From the sequence record SRR22947727_3407: 48,466 nt of DNA. The stretch is one strand, 5' to 3'. Position numbers and translations under genes: made by a program. Within the stretch, counting starts at the first letter, position 1. Every line of letters starts with the position of its first letter. Under the pieces are notes generated by a model. The model did not search any database. It was not told where the DNA came from and was given only the letters and a program-made list of their open reading frames with translations. Below are positions 17,778-27,866 of this stretch, piece by piece.

Positions 17778-19628
17778 ATGTCTTCTCACTCTGACCGCGA
17801 TATTCAGCCGGCCTCCACCGATGTGTGGCGCCTGCGGAATTTTTCGATCATCGCGCACATCGATCACGGCAAATCAACCCTCGCTGATCGCATGCTGCAA
17901 CTGACCGGAATCGTGGAGGCCCGCGATATGCGGGCCCAATATCTGGACCGGATGGACATTGAACGCGAGCGCGGGATCACCATCAAGAGCCAGGCGGTGA
18001 GGATGCCGTGGACTAAAGACGGCAAGACCTACGCGCTCAACATGATTGATACTCCGGGTCACGTGGACTTCACCTATGAGGTCTCTCGCTCACTCGCTGC
18101 CTGCGAGGGTGCAATCTTGTTGGTGGACGCTGCGCAGGGCATCGAAGCTCAGACGCTCGCCAACCTCTACCTCGCGCTGGAGAACGACCTCACCATCATT
18201 CCGGTGCTGAACAAGATTGATCTCCCTGCCGCTGATCCTGAGCGCTATGCCGAGGAGCTTGCGCACCTAATCGGGGGCTCACCCGATGATGTGTTGCGGG
18301 TGAGTGGCAAAACGGGCATGGGCGTCCCAGAACTGCTCGACCGCGTCGTTGACCTCATTCCTTCCCCTACGGGTGATGCTGACGCTCCCGCCCGGGCCCT
18401 CATCTTTGACTCGGTCTATGACGCCTATCGGGGTGTGGTGACCTATGTCCGCATGATTGACGGGTCACTGTCACCTCGGGAGCGGATCGAAATGATGTCG
18501 ACCCGAGCGCAGCACGAGCTTCTCGAGATCGGCGTGAGTTCCCCTGAGCCCACCCCCTCCAAGGGTTTGGGCGTAGGGGAGGTCGGATACCTCATCACCG
18601 GTGTGAAAGATGTACGCCAGTCCAAAGTGGGTGACACCGTTACCTCCATCAAGAAGCGTGCTACCCAGGCGCTTCCGGGCTATACCGAACCCAAGCCCAT
18701 GGTGTTCTCCGGTCTGTACCCGATCGATGGCAGTGACTACCCCGATCTCCGGGAGGCACTCGACAAGTTGAAACTCTCCGATGCCGCCCTTGTCTATGAG
18801 CCAGAGACATCTGTGGCGTTGGGGTTTGGTTTCCGGTGTGGGTTCCTGGGCCTGCTGCACCTCGAAATTGTGTCGGAGCGTCTCGAACGCGAGTTTGGTC
18901 TGGATCTCATTGCGACGGCACCCTCCGTGATCTACACGGTCGAGCTCGATGATGGCACCAGCCAAGAGGTGACGAACCCCTCAGAGTTCCCGACCGGGCG
19001 AGTGACGACAGTGTGGGAGCCGGTCGTGAACGCTGCGGTGTTAGCTCCCAAGGACTACGTCGGCGTCATCATGGAGCTCTGTCAGGACAAGCGCGGAGTG
19101 CTGCAGGGAATGGAATACCTGGGGGAGAACCGGGTCGAAATCAAATACACGATTCCGTTGGGTGAGATTGTGTTCGACTTCTTTGATCAGCTGAAGTCCA
19201 AGACTGCAGGCTATGCGTCGTTGGATTACGAACCCGCGGGAGACGCGGAGGGCGACCTCGTCAAGGTGGACATTTTGCTGCAAGGCGATCGGGTCGATGC
19301 GTTCAGTGCGATCGTTCACAAAGACAAGGCTTACGCCTACGGCGTGATGATGACGGGGCGCTTGCGGGAGCTCATTCCACGCCAACAGTTTGAAGTTCCC
19401 ATTCAGGCCGCCATTGGCGCGCGTGTGATTGCACGCGAGAACATCCGCGCCATGCGCAAAGACGTTCTTGCCAAGTGTTACGGCGGTGACATTACCCGTA
19501 AGCGGAAGCTCCTCGAGAAGCAAAAAGAGGGTAAAAAGCGCATGAAGATGGTGGGTCGGGTTGAGGTCCCCCAAGAGGCCTTTATCGCCGCGCTTTCCGG
19601 TGATGTAGAGAAAAAGAAAGGCAAGTAG
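17778..19628 (+). CDS. lepA: Translation elongation factor 4 (LepA)
   Basis: [63 protein letters not shown]. Start could instead be 17760. Confidence 0.98.
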   Translation: MSSHSDRDIQPASTDVWRLRNFSIIAHIDHGKSTLADRMLQLTGIVEARDMRAQYLDRMDIERERGITIKSQAVRMPWTKDGKTYALNMIDTPGHVDFTYEVSRSLAACEGAILLVDAAQGIEAQTLANLYLALENDLTIIPVLNKIDLPAADPERYAEELAHLIGGSPDDVLRVSGKTGMGVPELLDRVVDLIPSPTGDADAPARALIFDSVYDAYRGVVTYVRMIDGSLSPRERIEMMSTRAQHELLEIGVSSPEPTPSKGLGVGEVGYLITGVKDVRQSKVGDTVTSIKKRATQALPGYTEPKPMVFSGLYPIDGSDYPDLREALDKLKLSDAALVYEPETSVALGFGFRCGFLGLLHLEIVSERLEREFGLDLIATAPSVIYTVELDDGTSQEVTNPSEFPTGRVTTVWEPVVNAAVLAPKDYVGVIMELCQDKRGVLQGMEYLGENRVEIKYTIPLGEIVFDFFDQLKSKTAGYASLDYEPAGDAEGDLVKVDILLQGDRVDAFSAIVHKDKAYAYGVMMTGRLRELIPRQQFEVPIQAAIGARVIARENIRAMRKDVLAKCYGGDITRKRKLLEKQKEGKKRMKMVGRVEVPQEAFIAALSGDVEKKKGK

Positions 19629-19657
19629 GACTGAGACCCAGTCGCTACGCTTAGCCC

Positions 19658-20044
19658 GTGTCTTCCTCCACCACGCACCGCATCATCGTTTCGCTCTATG
19701 TGGTGTTGAGCTTGGCGGCACTAGGTCGCTCGAGTTTTCAAATACTCACCAAGTTTGACCAAGCACCGCTGGCCTATAGCCTCTCGGCGCTTGCCGCCCT
19801 GGTTTATGTCCTCGCCACCATCACGGTAGCGATGGGCAATCGGCCAGGGGCCAGAAGAATCGCGAGGGCTGCCCTGAGCTTCGAGCTGGTCGGAGTGCTA
19901 GTCGTGGGGGCGATTAGCCTGATTGTTCCGGACCTTTTCCCGGACCAAACGGTGTGGTCCCAATTTGGGCTCGGGTACCTGTTCATCCCTCTCGTACTGC
20001 CCATTCTCGGCCTGTGGTGGCTCTCGAAGCGAGCTGCGCTATGA
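19658..20044 (+). CDS. Conserved actinobacterial 4-TM membrane protein of unknown function
   Basis: LAALGRS, APLAYSLSALAA, ELVGVLVVG, TVWSQFGLGYLFIPLVLP. TACGCT-N6-GTG promoter and ATGA overlap with ribF. Confidence 0.8.
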   Translation: MSSSTTHRIIVSLYVVLSLAALGRSSFQILTKFDQAPLAYSLSALAALVYVLATITVAMGNRPGARRIARAALSFELVGVLVVGAISLIVPDLFPDQTVWSQFGLGYLFIPLVLPILGLWWLSKRAAL

Positions 20045-20982
20045 GTCCTGTGGCAGTGAACTACGGTCTCGATTCGCTTCCCGGCGATGGCAAGCGCAGG
20101 GCTGTGACCATCGGGAAGTTCGACGGTGTGCATCGCGGTCACCGTCAGGTCATCACCCAGCTTCTGTCGATGGCGGGAAAAGCAGAGCCGACCGTCATCA
20201 CCTTTGATCGCCACCCGCACGCCACGCTGAAGCCTGGCAGTGAGCCCACCCCTATCCTGAGTGACGGCCAGAAGATTGAGTTGTTGGCAGCGGCGGGCAT
20301 TGAGCGGGTGGTCGTGTTGCCCTTCGATGAGGAGCTCTCCGCCCTCGATCACGAAGACTTCGCGCGCACCGTCCTCGCGGAGGGGCTTTCCACCAGCGTC
20401 GTTCTCGTCGGAGCAGACTTCCGTTACGGTCACGGCGGCGAGGGGACTATTGACACGCTCCGTGCAGAGGGTGATCACTGGGGATTCCGGGTGGACGTGG
20501 TCGCTGATGTCTGTGAGGCAGAGGGTGAACGGGTGTCCTCGACGATGATTCGCGGCCTGCTGGCGGAGGGCAAAGTTTCCACTGTGCGTGACCTTTTCAA
20601 CCGATATCACTCGGTCCGCGGTGAGGTCGGTCACGGTTTCGAGAGGGGACGTGTGCTGGGCTACCCCACCGCTAACCTCCGAGAGAACATCGAGGGCCTC
20701 CTTCCCGCTGATGGTGTGTATGCGACTCGCGTCATCCACCGCGGGAAGACTTACGACGCTGCTACCTCGTTGGGTGTCAATCCCACGTTTGGGGATGTGA
20801 ACGAGCGGACGTTGGAGTCTCACCTCATGGATGTGACGCTTGATTTGTATGGAGAGACCGTCACCATCGAGTTTGTGGACTTTATCCGGGGAATGCAGAA
20901 ATTCCCGACACCCGACGCTTTAGCTCTGCAGATGGCGCGGGATGAAGAGGTCATTCGAGGAATCCTGGGCTCCATCGCGTGA
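20041..20982 (+). CDS. ribF: Bifunctional riboflavin kinase/FAD synthetase
   Basis: IGKFDGVHRGH, TFDRHP, VGADFRYG, VSSTMIR, RGRVLGYPTAN, GVNPTF, ESHL. Confidence 0.96.
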   Translation: MSPVAVNYGLDSLPGDGKRRAVTIGKFDGVHRGHRQVITQLLSMAGKAEPTVITFDRHPHATLKPGSEPTPILSDGQKIELLAAAGIERVVVLPFDEELSALDHEDFARTVLAEGLSTSVVLVGADFRYGHGGEGTIDTLRAEGDHWGFRVDVVADVCEAEGERVSSTMIRGLLAEGKVSTVRDLFNRYHSVRGEVGHGFERGRVLGYPTANLRENIEGLLPADGVYATRVIHRGKTYDAATSLGVNPTFGDVNERTLESHLMDVTLDLYGETVTIEFVDFIRGMQKFPTPDALALQMARDEEVIRGILGSIA

Positions 20983-20998
20983 CGCGTAGGATTGCCGG

Positions 20999-22216
20999 GT
21001 GAGTCAGACCGGTCGATCCACTCTCATCCTGGCGATGACGGGAATTGTGCTTTTTGCGCTGGGAATTCGAACCGGCGTTGCGGCGGTGTCTCCCCTCTCC
21101 ACTCGCATTGATTTGGATGTCCCCCTGGAAGGACTCACTCTCGGAATTTTGGGAACAATTCCTCCGGTGGCGTACGCAGTCTCGGCGGCTCTGTCTCCCT
21201 GGTTTGCGAGGAAGGTGGGCTTGGAGGGTGCTGTCATTCTGGTCGGGCTCCTGGGGGCTGTTGCCCACGTCTGGCGGGGAATTTCTCCCACCTATGTGTC
21301 GCTTTTTGTTGCAACCATCGTGCTGATGCTCGCAGCCGGTGTGGGGAACGTTATTTTGCCCGGATTGGTGAAGCTCTACGCTCCTGATCGGATTGGTCCC
21401 CTCACGGCGGCCTATGGAACCGCGATGGCATTTAGCTCTGCTGCTCCCACCGTTCTGGGAGTCTGGTTGGCTGATGAATTCGGGTGGCGGTGGTCTCTCG
21501 CCGCCTGGGCTCTGATCAGCATCGTCGGCATCATTCCCTGGCTCTTCTTGTGGCCAAGGGCTAAGGCTAAAGGGATGCAGGAGGCGGTCATCACCGCAAC
21601 CCTGCCGATTGTCACCGCGCCGGTGTCGCTCTTCCGATCACCGACCGCGGTGTCGATTATGGCGATTTTCACCGTCTCCGGTGCGATGGCTTATTCCTTG
21701 TTTGCCGTGTTGCCCCCAGCGTTGATGGAGCTCTCGGGGGTGAGCGCCTCGTCAGCGGCTCTGGCTCTGGGATTGTTCACCATCATGGGCTTCCCGATGT
21801 CTCTCATCGTTCCTCCCTTGGCTGTTCGCCGGGGATGGAGCGCGCCCCTGGTGGGCGCTTCCATGGTGTTCAACATCATTGGCTTGGTCGGCCTCCTCCT
21901 AGCCCCGACCGTCCTGCCGTTTGTCTGGGTGACTTTCCTGTCGATGGGCCCGCTCACTTTCGCGATGTCACTAGCTCTCATGGGACACCGGACGGTGAAT
22001 CACCTCTCTGCCCTCATTTTGAGCGGTTTCGTGAACAAGTGGGGATACCTGTTTGCCGCAGGGGCGCCGGTGCTGGTGGGGCTTGGCCGAGAAATCTCGG
22101 GTGCATGGACTGCAAGCCTGTTGGGACTCTTGGCCGTGAGCCTTGTGTCGCTCCCGGCCATGCTGATCCTTGCCAAAGAGCAGATCGTCGACAAGGAGCT
22201 CGCCTCACATCGATGA
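20999..22216 (+). CDS. CynX/NimT-family MFS transporter
   Basis: About 12 TM helices, IRTGVAAVSPL, GNVILPGLVK, GWRWSLAAW, LSGFVNKWGY. TAGGAT-N6-GTG promoter. Confidence 0.85.
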   Translation: MSQTGRSTLILAMTGIVLFALGIRTGVAAVSPLSTRIDLDVPLEGLTLGILGTIPPVAYAVSAALSPWFARKVGLEGAVILVGLLGAVAHVWRGISPTYVSLFVATIVLMLAAGVGNVILPGLVKLYAPDRIGPLTAAYGTAMAFSSAAPTVLGVWLADEFGWRWSLAAWALISIVGIIPWLFLWPRAKAKGMQEAVITATLPIVTAPVSLFRSPTAVSIMAIFTVSGAMAYSLFAVLPPALMELSGVSASSAALALGLFTIMGFPMSLIVPPLAVRRGWSAPLVGASMVFNIIGLVGLLLAPTVLPFVWVTFLSMGPLTFAMSLALMGHRTVNHLSALILSGFVNKWGYLFAAGAPVLVGLGREISGAWTASLLGLLAVSLVSLPAMLILAKEQIVDKELASHR

Positions 22217-22249
22217 TGCTCATCTGAGCAACATTTTCAACAAATGTTG
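22217..22249. promoter_or_regulatory. Candidate operator(s) for the SorC/DeoR regulator
   Basis: Palindrome TGCTCA-TC-TGAGCA (22217-22230) and CAACATTT-N5-AAATGTTG (22229-22249), upstream of TATTCT-N6-ATG. Confidence 0.6.
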
Positions 22250-22281
22250 TTCCCAGGCCCAGGTGTCTCTATTCTGGGGTT

Positions 22282-23250
22282 ATGCCACACCGGTCAGCTC
22301 ATGATGACGAGTTGCTGGCTGTGCGCGCAGCAGAGCTCTACTACGAAGAAGAGAAGACCCAGGATCAGATTGGGTCGCTCCTCGGAATTACCCGCTGGAA
22401 AGTAGGCAGGCTTCTCTCCGAAGCGAAAGCTCGAGGGATTATCCGGATCGAGATTGTCCATCCCCATGCAAGGCGCTTGGGGATGGAGCACGAGCTCGTA
22501 GAGGCTTTTTCCCTGGAGGCGTGTGTAGTCGTCCCGCATGACGATCCCGACGCCATCGGGGAGCGCGTGGCGCGTGCAGCAGCGGACTATCTCGTCGCCA
22601 TGAGACCCATGACTCATCGTTTAGGCGTGAGTTGGGGAAGAACCCTGCACCGTGTTGCGCAGATGCTTCCCGAAGGGTGGGCAACCTCGCTCTCTGTTGT
22701 TCAGGTGAATGGCGGGGTGAGCCACAGCTCGCAACCTGGGCTAGCTTCCGCAACCGCCACCATGATTGCCCACAAAGCCGGTGGGTCAGTCACCTTGCTC
22801 CCCACTCCGGCGATTGTGGAGAAGGAGGAGACCAAGCGTGCGCTCGAGAAAGACAAAGGGGTGGCAGGTGTCCTCGAGCAGGCAACAATCTCCGACACTT
22901 TTCTTTTCAGTGCGGGACCAGCCACTGATGTGAGCATTCACGTGCAATCTGGCTACATCGATCACGCCGATATCTCCCGCCTTCAGGATCGCGGTGCAGT
23001 GGGCGACGTGTGGGGCCGCTACATCACCGCCGAGGGTCAGATCGCAGACGAAGCACTGGATAGCCGAACACTGGGGTTGTCCCTCGATGTCCTGCGCCGT
23101 GCCCCGCGCAGTATCGCAGTAGTTCACGGCGCCGATAAGCACGATATTGCGCTTGCCATCGCGAAGAACGGTCTTGCCACCGTCATGATTACTGATGAAG
23201 CCACTGCGGCCTACCTGTTGAGTGACGCTGAAACACGGAAAGAAGCATGA
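22282..23250 (+). CDS. SorC/DeoR-type sugar-phosphate-binding transcriptional regulator
   Basis: ELYYEEEKTQDQIGSLLGITRWKVGRLL HTH, LGVSWGRTL, GAVGDV, ITDE. Directly upstream of deoC. Confidence 0.9.
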   Translation: MPHRSAHDDELLAVRAAELYYEEEKTQDQIGSLLGITRWKVGRLLSEAKARGIIRIEIVHPHARRLGMEHELVEAFSLEACVVVPHDDPDAIGERVARAAADYLVAMRPMTHRLGVSWGRTLHRVAQMLPEGWATSLSVVQVNGGVSHSSQPGLASATATMIAHKAGGSVTLLPTPAIVEKEETKRALEKDKGVAGVLEQATISDTFLFSAGPATDVSIHVQSGYIDHADISRLQDRGAVGDVWGRYITAEGQIADEALDSRTLGLSLDVLRRAPRSIAVVHGADKHDIALAIAKNGLATVMITDEATAAYLLSDAETRKEA

Positions 23251-24257
23251 TGACCCGAGTGCCCGCAGTTCACCAGACTCCCCGGTCTCAGACGATTCTC
23301 GGTGGGAGCCCAACAGAGAAAGCGCTCAAGCGCTTTCTCGAAGGAATTCCTGGGGTGGACACTATCGGCGCCGAAGCGCGTGCAGCGGGTTTTAACACCC
23401 GCTCGTTGAAGACGTCCTCCAAAGAGTGGGGTTTGAACACCATCATCTCCATGGTGGACCTCACCACGCTGGAGGGGGCGGATACTCCCGGGAAAGTGCG
23501 CACTTTGGCCAAGAAAGCCACCATGCCCGACCCCTTTGACCTCTCTGCACCGAGTGTCGCGGCGGTGTGTGTTTATGGCGACATGGTCGCAGAAACACGA
23601 GCTGCTCTCGGAGAGTGGCACGTCTCGAAGCGACCCGATGGAGTGGCCGTGGCGGCTGTGGCCACCGCGTTCCCGAGTGGTCGCGCGAGCCTTCCGGTGA
23701 AAATCATGGACACCGAGTTCGCGGTATCTGAAGGTGCTGATGAGATTGACATGGTGATTGATCGGGGCGCTTTCCTTGCCGGAAAGATGGGGCTGGTGTT
23801 CGACCAGATTGTCCAGGTGAAAGAGGCGTGTCAGCGGCCGGATGGCAGCTATGCCCACCTGAAGGTGATTCTCGAGACCGGAGAGCTGGCAACACTCGAC
23901 AATGTCCGTAGGGCCAGTTGGCTTGCCATCTTGGCAGGCGCGGACTTCATCAAGACTTCGACGGGAAAAGTGCAACCGGCAGCCACTCTGCCCGTGACCA
24001 CCACCATGCTCGAAGTGATTCGTGACTGGCATGGGATGACCGGGGAGAAGATCGGTATGAAGCCGGCGGGAGGCATTCGCGCCAGCAAGGACGCGCTGCG
24101 CTACCTCGTGGCCGTGGCGGAAACCGTTGGTGAAGAGTGGTTGACTCCTGACCTCTTTAGGTTTGGGGCCTCAAGCCTTCTCAACGATGTCGTGATGCAA
24201 CGCCAAAAAATGACAACCGGTCACTACAGTGGCCCCGACTATGTGAGCGTGGACTAA
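23247..24257 (+). CDS. deoC: Deoxyribose-phosphate aldolase
   Basis: DLTTLEG, AAVCVY, FPSG, GADEIDMV, LKVILETGEL, Schiff-base FIKTSTGK, KPAGGIR, RFGASSLL. Confidence 0.96.
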   Translation: MMTRVPAVHQTPRSQTILGGSPTEKALKRFLEGIPGVDTIGAEARAAGFNTRSLKTSSKEWGLNTIISMVDLTTLEGADTPGKVRTLAKKATMPDPFDLSAPSVAAVCVYGDMVAETRAALGEWHVSKRPDGVAVAAVATAFPSGRASLPVKIMDTEFAVSEGADEIDMVIDRGAFLAGKMGLVFDQIVQVKEACQRPDGSYAHLKVILETGELATLDNVRRASWLAILAGADFIKTSTGKVQPAATLPVTTTMLEVIRDWHGMTGEKIGMKPAGGIRASKDALRYLVAVAETVGEEWLTPDLFRFGASSLLNDVVMQRQKMTTGHYSGPDYVSVD

Positions 24258-24259
24258 TC

Positions 24260-25717
24260 ATGGGTTTTCTTGACTATGCGCCAGCACCCGAGTCAACCTC
24301 GGTGCTGAACCTTCAGAAGGACTACGGCCTGTTTATCGGTGGCGAGTTTGTCGATGGTCACGGCTCCGCTTTCGCCACCGTGTCACCATCGACAGAGGAG
24401 GTCATTGCCACTGTTGCCGAAGCCACCGAGGCTGATGTCGACAAGGCGGTTGCCGCCGCTCGCAAGGCCTATGACAAGACTTGGTCGCGGATGTCGGGAA
24501 GCGAGCGAGGTAAGTACCTCTTCCGCATCGCTCGCATACTGCAGGAGCGCGCGCGCGAATTGGCAGTGGCCGAGACTCTCGACAACGGAAAACCCATCCG
24601 CGAAACTCGCGACGTCGACATTCCTCTCGTTGCCGCCTGGTTCTTCTATTACGCAGGCTGGGCAGACAAGCTCGAATATGCGGGAGCTGGTCCGAACCCC
24701 AAGGCGCTGGGTGTTGCAGCCCAGATCATTCCCTGGAACTTCCCCCTCTTGATGCTGGCCTGGAAAATCGCTCCAGCTTTGGCCGCGGGCAACACCGTTG
24801 TACTGAAGCCCGCGGAAACCACTCCACTGACAGCTCTGTTGTTTGCGGAGATTTGCCAACAGGCTGACCTCCCTGCCGGTGTCGTGAACATTGTGACTGG
24901 AGCCGGAGCTACCGGTGCGGCTTTGGTGGCGCACCCGGACATCAACAAGGTCGCCTTCACCGGCTCCACGCCGGTGGGTCGAAAGATCGCACAGACTCTT
25001 GCCGGATCCTCCACGAAGGTCACGCTCGAGCTCGGTGGCAAAGGGGCGAACATCATCTTTGATGATGCTGCGATTGATCAAGCCATCGAAGGTGTGGTGA
25101 GTGGAATTTTCTTCAACCAGGGCCACGTCTGTTGCGCAGGTTCGAGGTTGCTGGTTCAGGAGAACATCCACGATGACGTGGTGTCGAGGCTTCAACGTCG
25201 CCTCTCCACCCTCAGGCTCGGTGATCCTCTTGACAAGAACACCGACATTGGTGCGGTGAACTCGAGGGCCCAGTTGGCTCGCATCACTGAGCTTGCGAAT
25301 AGTGGTGACGAGGAAGGGGCTAACCGCTGGAGTGCGGCGTGTGAGATTCCTGCGAAGGGATTCTGGTTCCCGCCAACGGTCTTCACCGACGTTCACACGA
25401 GCCACCGAATTGCCCGCGAGGAAATCTTTGGTCCTGTCCTCTCGGTGATGACCTTTAGGACACCCGATGAGGCTGTGGCGAAAGCAAACAACACCCCGTA
25501 TGGACTGAGTGCCGGAATCTGGACCGAGAAAGCATCCCGCATGCTCGCGATCGCCGACAAGCTTCGCGCGGGTGTCATTTGGGCAAACACGTTCAACAAG
25601 TTTGATCCGGCCAGTCCTTTTGGTGGCTACAAAGAATCGGGATACGGCAGAGAGGGAGGACGCCACGGGCTGTTCCCCTACCTCGAATCTTCCGACTGGA
25701 CGAAAGGCGGTCGATGA
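24260..25717 (+). CDS. NAD(P)-dependent aldehyde dehydrogenase, likely acting on acetaldehyde from DeoC
   Basis: IPWNFP, FTGST, catalytic Glu in LELGGK, catalytic Cys in GHVCCAGSR, EEIFGPV, PFGGYKESGYGREGG. Confidence 0.93.
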   Translation: MGFLDYAPAPESTSVLNLQKDYGLFIGGEFVDGHGSAFATVSPSTEEVIATVAEATEADVDKAVAAARKAYDKTWSRMSGSERGKYLFRIARILQERARELAVAETLDNGKPIRETRDVDIPLVAAWFFYYAGWADKLEYAGAGPNPKALGVAAQIIPWNFPLLMLAWKIAPALAAGNTVVLKPAETTPLTALLFAEICQQADLPAGVVNIVTGAGATGAALVAHPDINKVAFTGSTPVGRKIAQTLAGSSTKVTLELGGKGANIIFDDAAIDQAIEGVVSGIFFNQGHVCCAGSRLLVQENIHDDVVSRLQRRLSTLRLGDPLDKNTDIGAVNSRAQLARITELANSGDEEGANRWSAACEIPAKGFWFPPTVFTDVHTSHRIAREEIFGPVLSVMTFRTPDEAVAKANNTPYGLSAGIWTEKASRMLAIADKLRAGVIWANTFNKFDPASPFGGYKESGYGREGGRHGLFPYLESSDWTKGGR

Positions 25718-26580
25718 TGGCCAGGCTCTCGATACCCAAGACGTACAAGCTCTACATCGGGGGTAAGTTTCCCCGTTCCGAGAGTGGATACACCTTTGAG
25801 GTGAACACACCCAAGGGTGACTTCCTCGCCAACGCAGCGAAAGCCAGCCGCAAGGATGCTCGCGATGCTGTCGCGGCAGCTCGTGCTGCCCAGGGTGGCT
25901 TTGCTGGCTTGACTGCATACAACCGCGGTCAGATTCTCTATCGCATTGCGGAAGTTCTTGAAGGGCGCCGTGACCAGTTTGTCGAGGAGATTCGAGCATC
26001 AGAAGGTGTGAGCGCTCAGGCCGCAAACAAGCAGGTCGATGCCGCTATCGACACGTGGGTTTGGTATTCCGGTTTCGCCGACAAATATGCTCAGGTGGCG
26101 GGAAATGGAAACCCAGTAGCTGGTCCCTACTTCAACATCTCGACCCCCGAGCCCACCGGTGTTGTGGTGGCTCTCGCGCCGGCAGGAAAGACCGGCGAGA
26201 GCCTTCTGGGGTTGAGTGCTGTTCTGGCTCCCATTCTCACCAGTGGGAACACCGCGATTGTTCTCGCGCACCCCACCCAGCCACTCTCCGCCATCAGCTT
26301 TGCTGAAGTTCTCGCGACCAGTGATGTACCCGGTGGGGTGGTGAACATCCTCACCGGTGACCCGGCACCTTTGATGCCCTGGCTTGCCGCCCACGCGGAC
26401 GTAAACGCCCTGGATCTTGCAGGAGGGTCTGAGGGGGACTGGGTGACGTGGCAGAGTGATGCTGCTGAAACCCTGAAGAGGGTTCTTGCCCCGAGTGTGG
26501 GAATCCCCGCCCGCAGTGTGGAGCGGATTGTCGCGTTTACCGAACTGAAGACGGTGTGGCACACCAAGGCTTTGGGGTAA
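25714..26580 (+). CDS. Truncated ALDH-family protein without a catalytic domain (ALDH16 C-terminal-like)
   Basis: KLYIGGKF, RGQILYRIAE, GNTAIV, GVVNILTG and terminal FTELKTVW are present. WNFP, ELGGK and the catalytic Cys are absent. Confidence 0.85.
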   Translation: MMARLSIPKTYKLYIGGKFPRSESGYTFEVNTPKGDFLANAAKASRKDARDAVAAARAAQGGFAGLTAYNRGQILYRIAEVLEGRRDQFVEEIRASEGVSAQAANKQVDAAIDTWVWYSGFADKYAQVAGNGNPVAGPYFNISTPEPTGVVVALAPAGKTGESLLGLSAVLAPILTSGNTAIVLAHPTQPLSAISFAEVLATSDVPGGVVNILTGDPAPLMPWLAAHADVNALDLAGGSEGDWVTWQSDAAETLKRVLAPSVGIPARSVERIVAFTELKTVWHTKALG

Positions 26581-26583
26581 CTT

Positions 26584-27471
26584 GTGGCGTCCGGGATTGT
26601 CCTTGTCGATAAACCCCTAGGTCTGAGCTCTCACAGCGCGGTGTCCGGGGTGAGAAAAGCCCTGGGGACAAAGAAGGTGGGTCATGCAGGGACCCTGGAC
26701 CCTGCGGCAACCGGCCTCTTAGTCATGGGAGTGAACGCTGGCACACGGTTGCTGACGCACTTGGTGGGGCTCGATAAGTCGTATACGGCCACGATGCGCC
26801 TGGGCTATGAGACGACAACCGATGACGCTGAAGGCGACAGAGTGGGCGAAAGCGCTCCTGGTGTTGACTCTCTCACCGACGAGGATATTCGCTCGGCCGT
26901 GGGTCCTTTTCGAGGCCAGATCGAGCAGGTTCCGAGCACCTATAGCGCTATCAAAGTTGACGGCAAGCGAGCCTACGATCTCGCCCGCTCCGGTCAGGAC
27001 GTCGAGCTCAAAAGCCGCGTCGTCACCATCTCTCGACTTGAGGCTTTGGATATCACCCGAGGAGATGGCGTCCTTGATGTTGAGCTCGTCGTGGACTGCT
27101 CCTCTGGCACCTATATTCGGGCTCTCGCGCGTGACATTGGTCGGGCGCTCGGAGTTGGCGGGCACCTGGTGGCTTTGCGGCGAACCCGAGTGGGACCCTT
27201 CGACGTGGAGGGAGCGCCACTTCCTCAGGACGTCCAGGAATCACAGGTGATGAGCCTTGCTGAGGTGGCCGGGGCCGTGATGCCGGTGGTGGTTTTGGAG
27301 TCCCAGGAGGTTACCGATATTTCGCACGGTCGGCCCATTCGAGCGCAGGGATGGCCCACGCCGGGCCCGATCGCTGCTGTGGCGGCAGAATCCGGAGGGT
27401 TGGTGGCAATTCTCGAGGCTTCTGGAGATCGCAGCCGTATCCTGATGGGTGTCCCCGACTCCGAGCGCTGA
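26584..27471 (+). CDS. truB: tRNA pseudouridine(55) synthase
   Basis: VDKPLG, KVGHAGTLDPAATG, QVPSTYSAIKVDGKRAY, CSSGTYIRALARD, LRRTRVG. Confidence 0.96.
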   Translation: MASGIVLVDKPLGLSSHSAVSGVRKALGTKKVGHAGTLDPAATGLLVMGVNAGTRLLTHLVGLDKSYTATMRLGYETTTDDAEGDRVGESAPGVDSLTDEDIRSAVGPFRGQIEQVPSTYSAIKVDGKRAYDLARSGQDVELKSRVVTISRLEALDITRGDGVLDVELVVDCSSGTYIRALARDIGRALGVGGHLVALRRTRVGPFDVEGAPLPQDVQESQVMSLAEVAGAVMPVVVLESQEVTDISHGRPIRAQGWPTPGPIAAVAAESGGLVAILEASGDRSRILMGVPDSER

Positions 27472-27497
27472 CAGGATTCAGCGGAGAGGTTGCATCC

Positions 27498-27866
27498 GTG
27501 ATCGAGTGGTTCTACTGGTTGCAGCTCGGTGTTGCGATTGTGGCGGGTTTTCTTGCGGTCGGCTTTGCTCTTGCCAAGCGAACCCCGAATGATTACACGC
27601 TTGGGTCCATCGTCCTCCTGGGCGTCCTGCTCTTCATCCAGATCATCGTGACCATCTTTCAACCAGGGTTGGGCAATTCGCCGACGGGGAGTCTGCTCGA
27701 GTTTTGGATGTATCTGATCACTGCATTTCTGATGGTTCTGGCGGGGTCAGTGTGGGCGCTCGTGGAGCGCTCCATCATGTCGAACGTGATGCTGGGCCTT
27801 CTCGCCGGATCCATTGCTGTGATGTTGGTCCGGATGGATGTCATCTGGTTTGTGAATAGTGCCTAG
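27498..27866 (+). CDS. Conserved actinobacterial 4-TM membrane protein of unknown function
   Basis: Four hydrophobic segments, PTGSLLEFWMYLITA, WALVERS, VMLVRM. GGAGAGG SD before GTG 27498. Confidence 0.78.
   Translation: MIEWFYWLQLGVAIVAGFLAVGFALAKRTPNDYTLGSIVLLGVLLFIQIIVTIFQPGLGNSPTGSLLEFWMYLITAFLMVLAGSVWALVERSIMSNVMLGLLAGSIAVMLVRMDVIWFVNSA

Noticed and set aside
24383..26026. 547-aa antisense ORF opposite the two ALDH genes
   Set aside because: No recognisable motifs and atypical composition. It is a shadow frame expected from high-GC codon bias.
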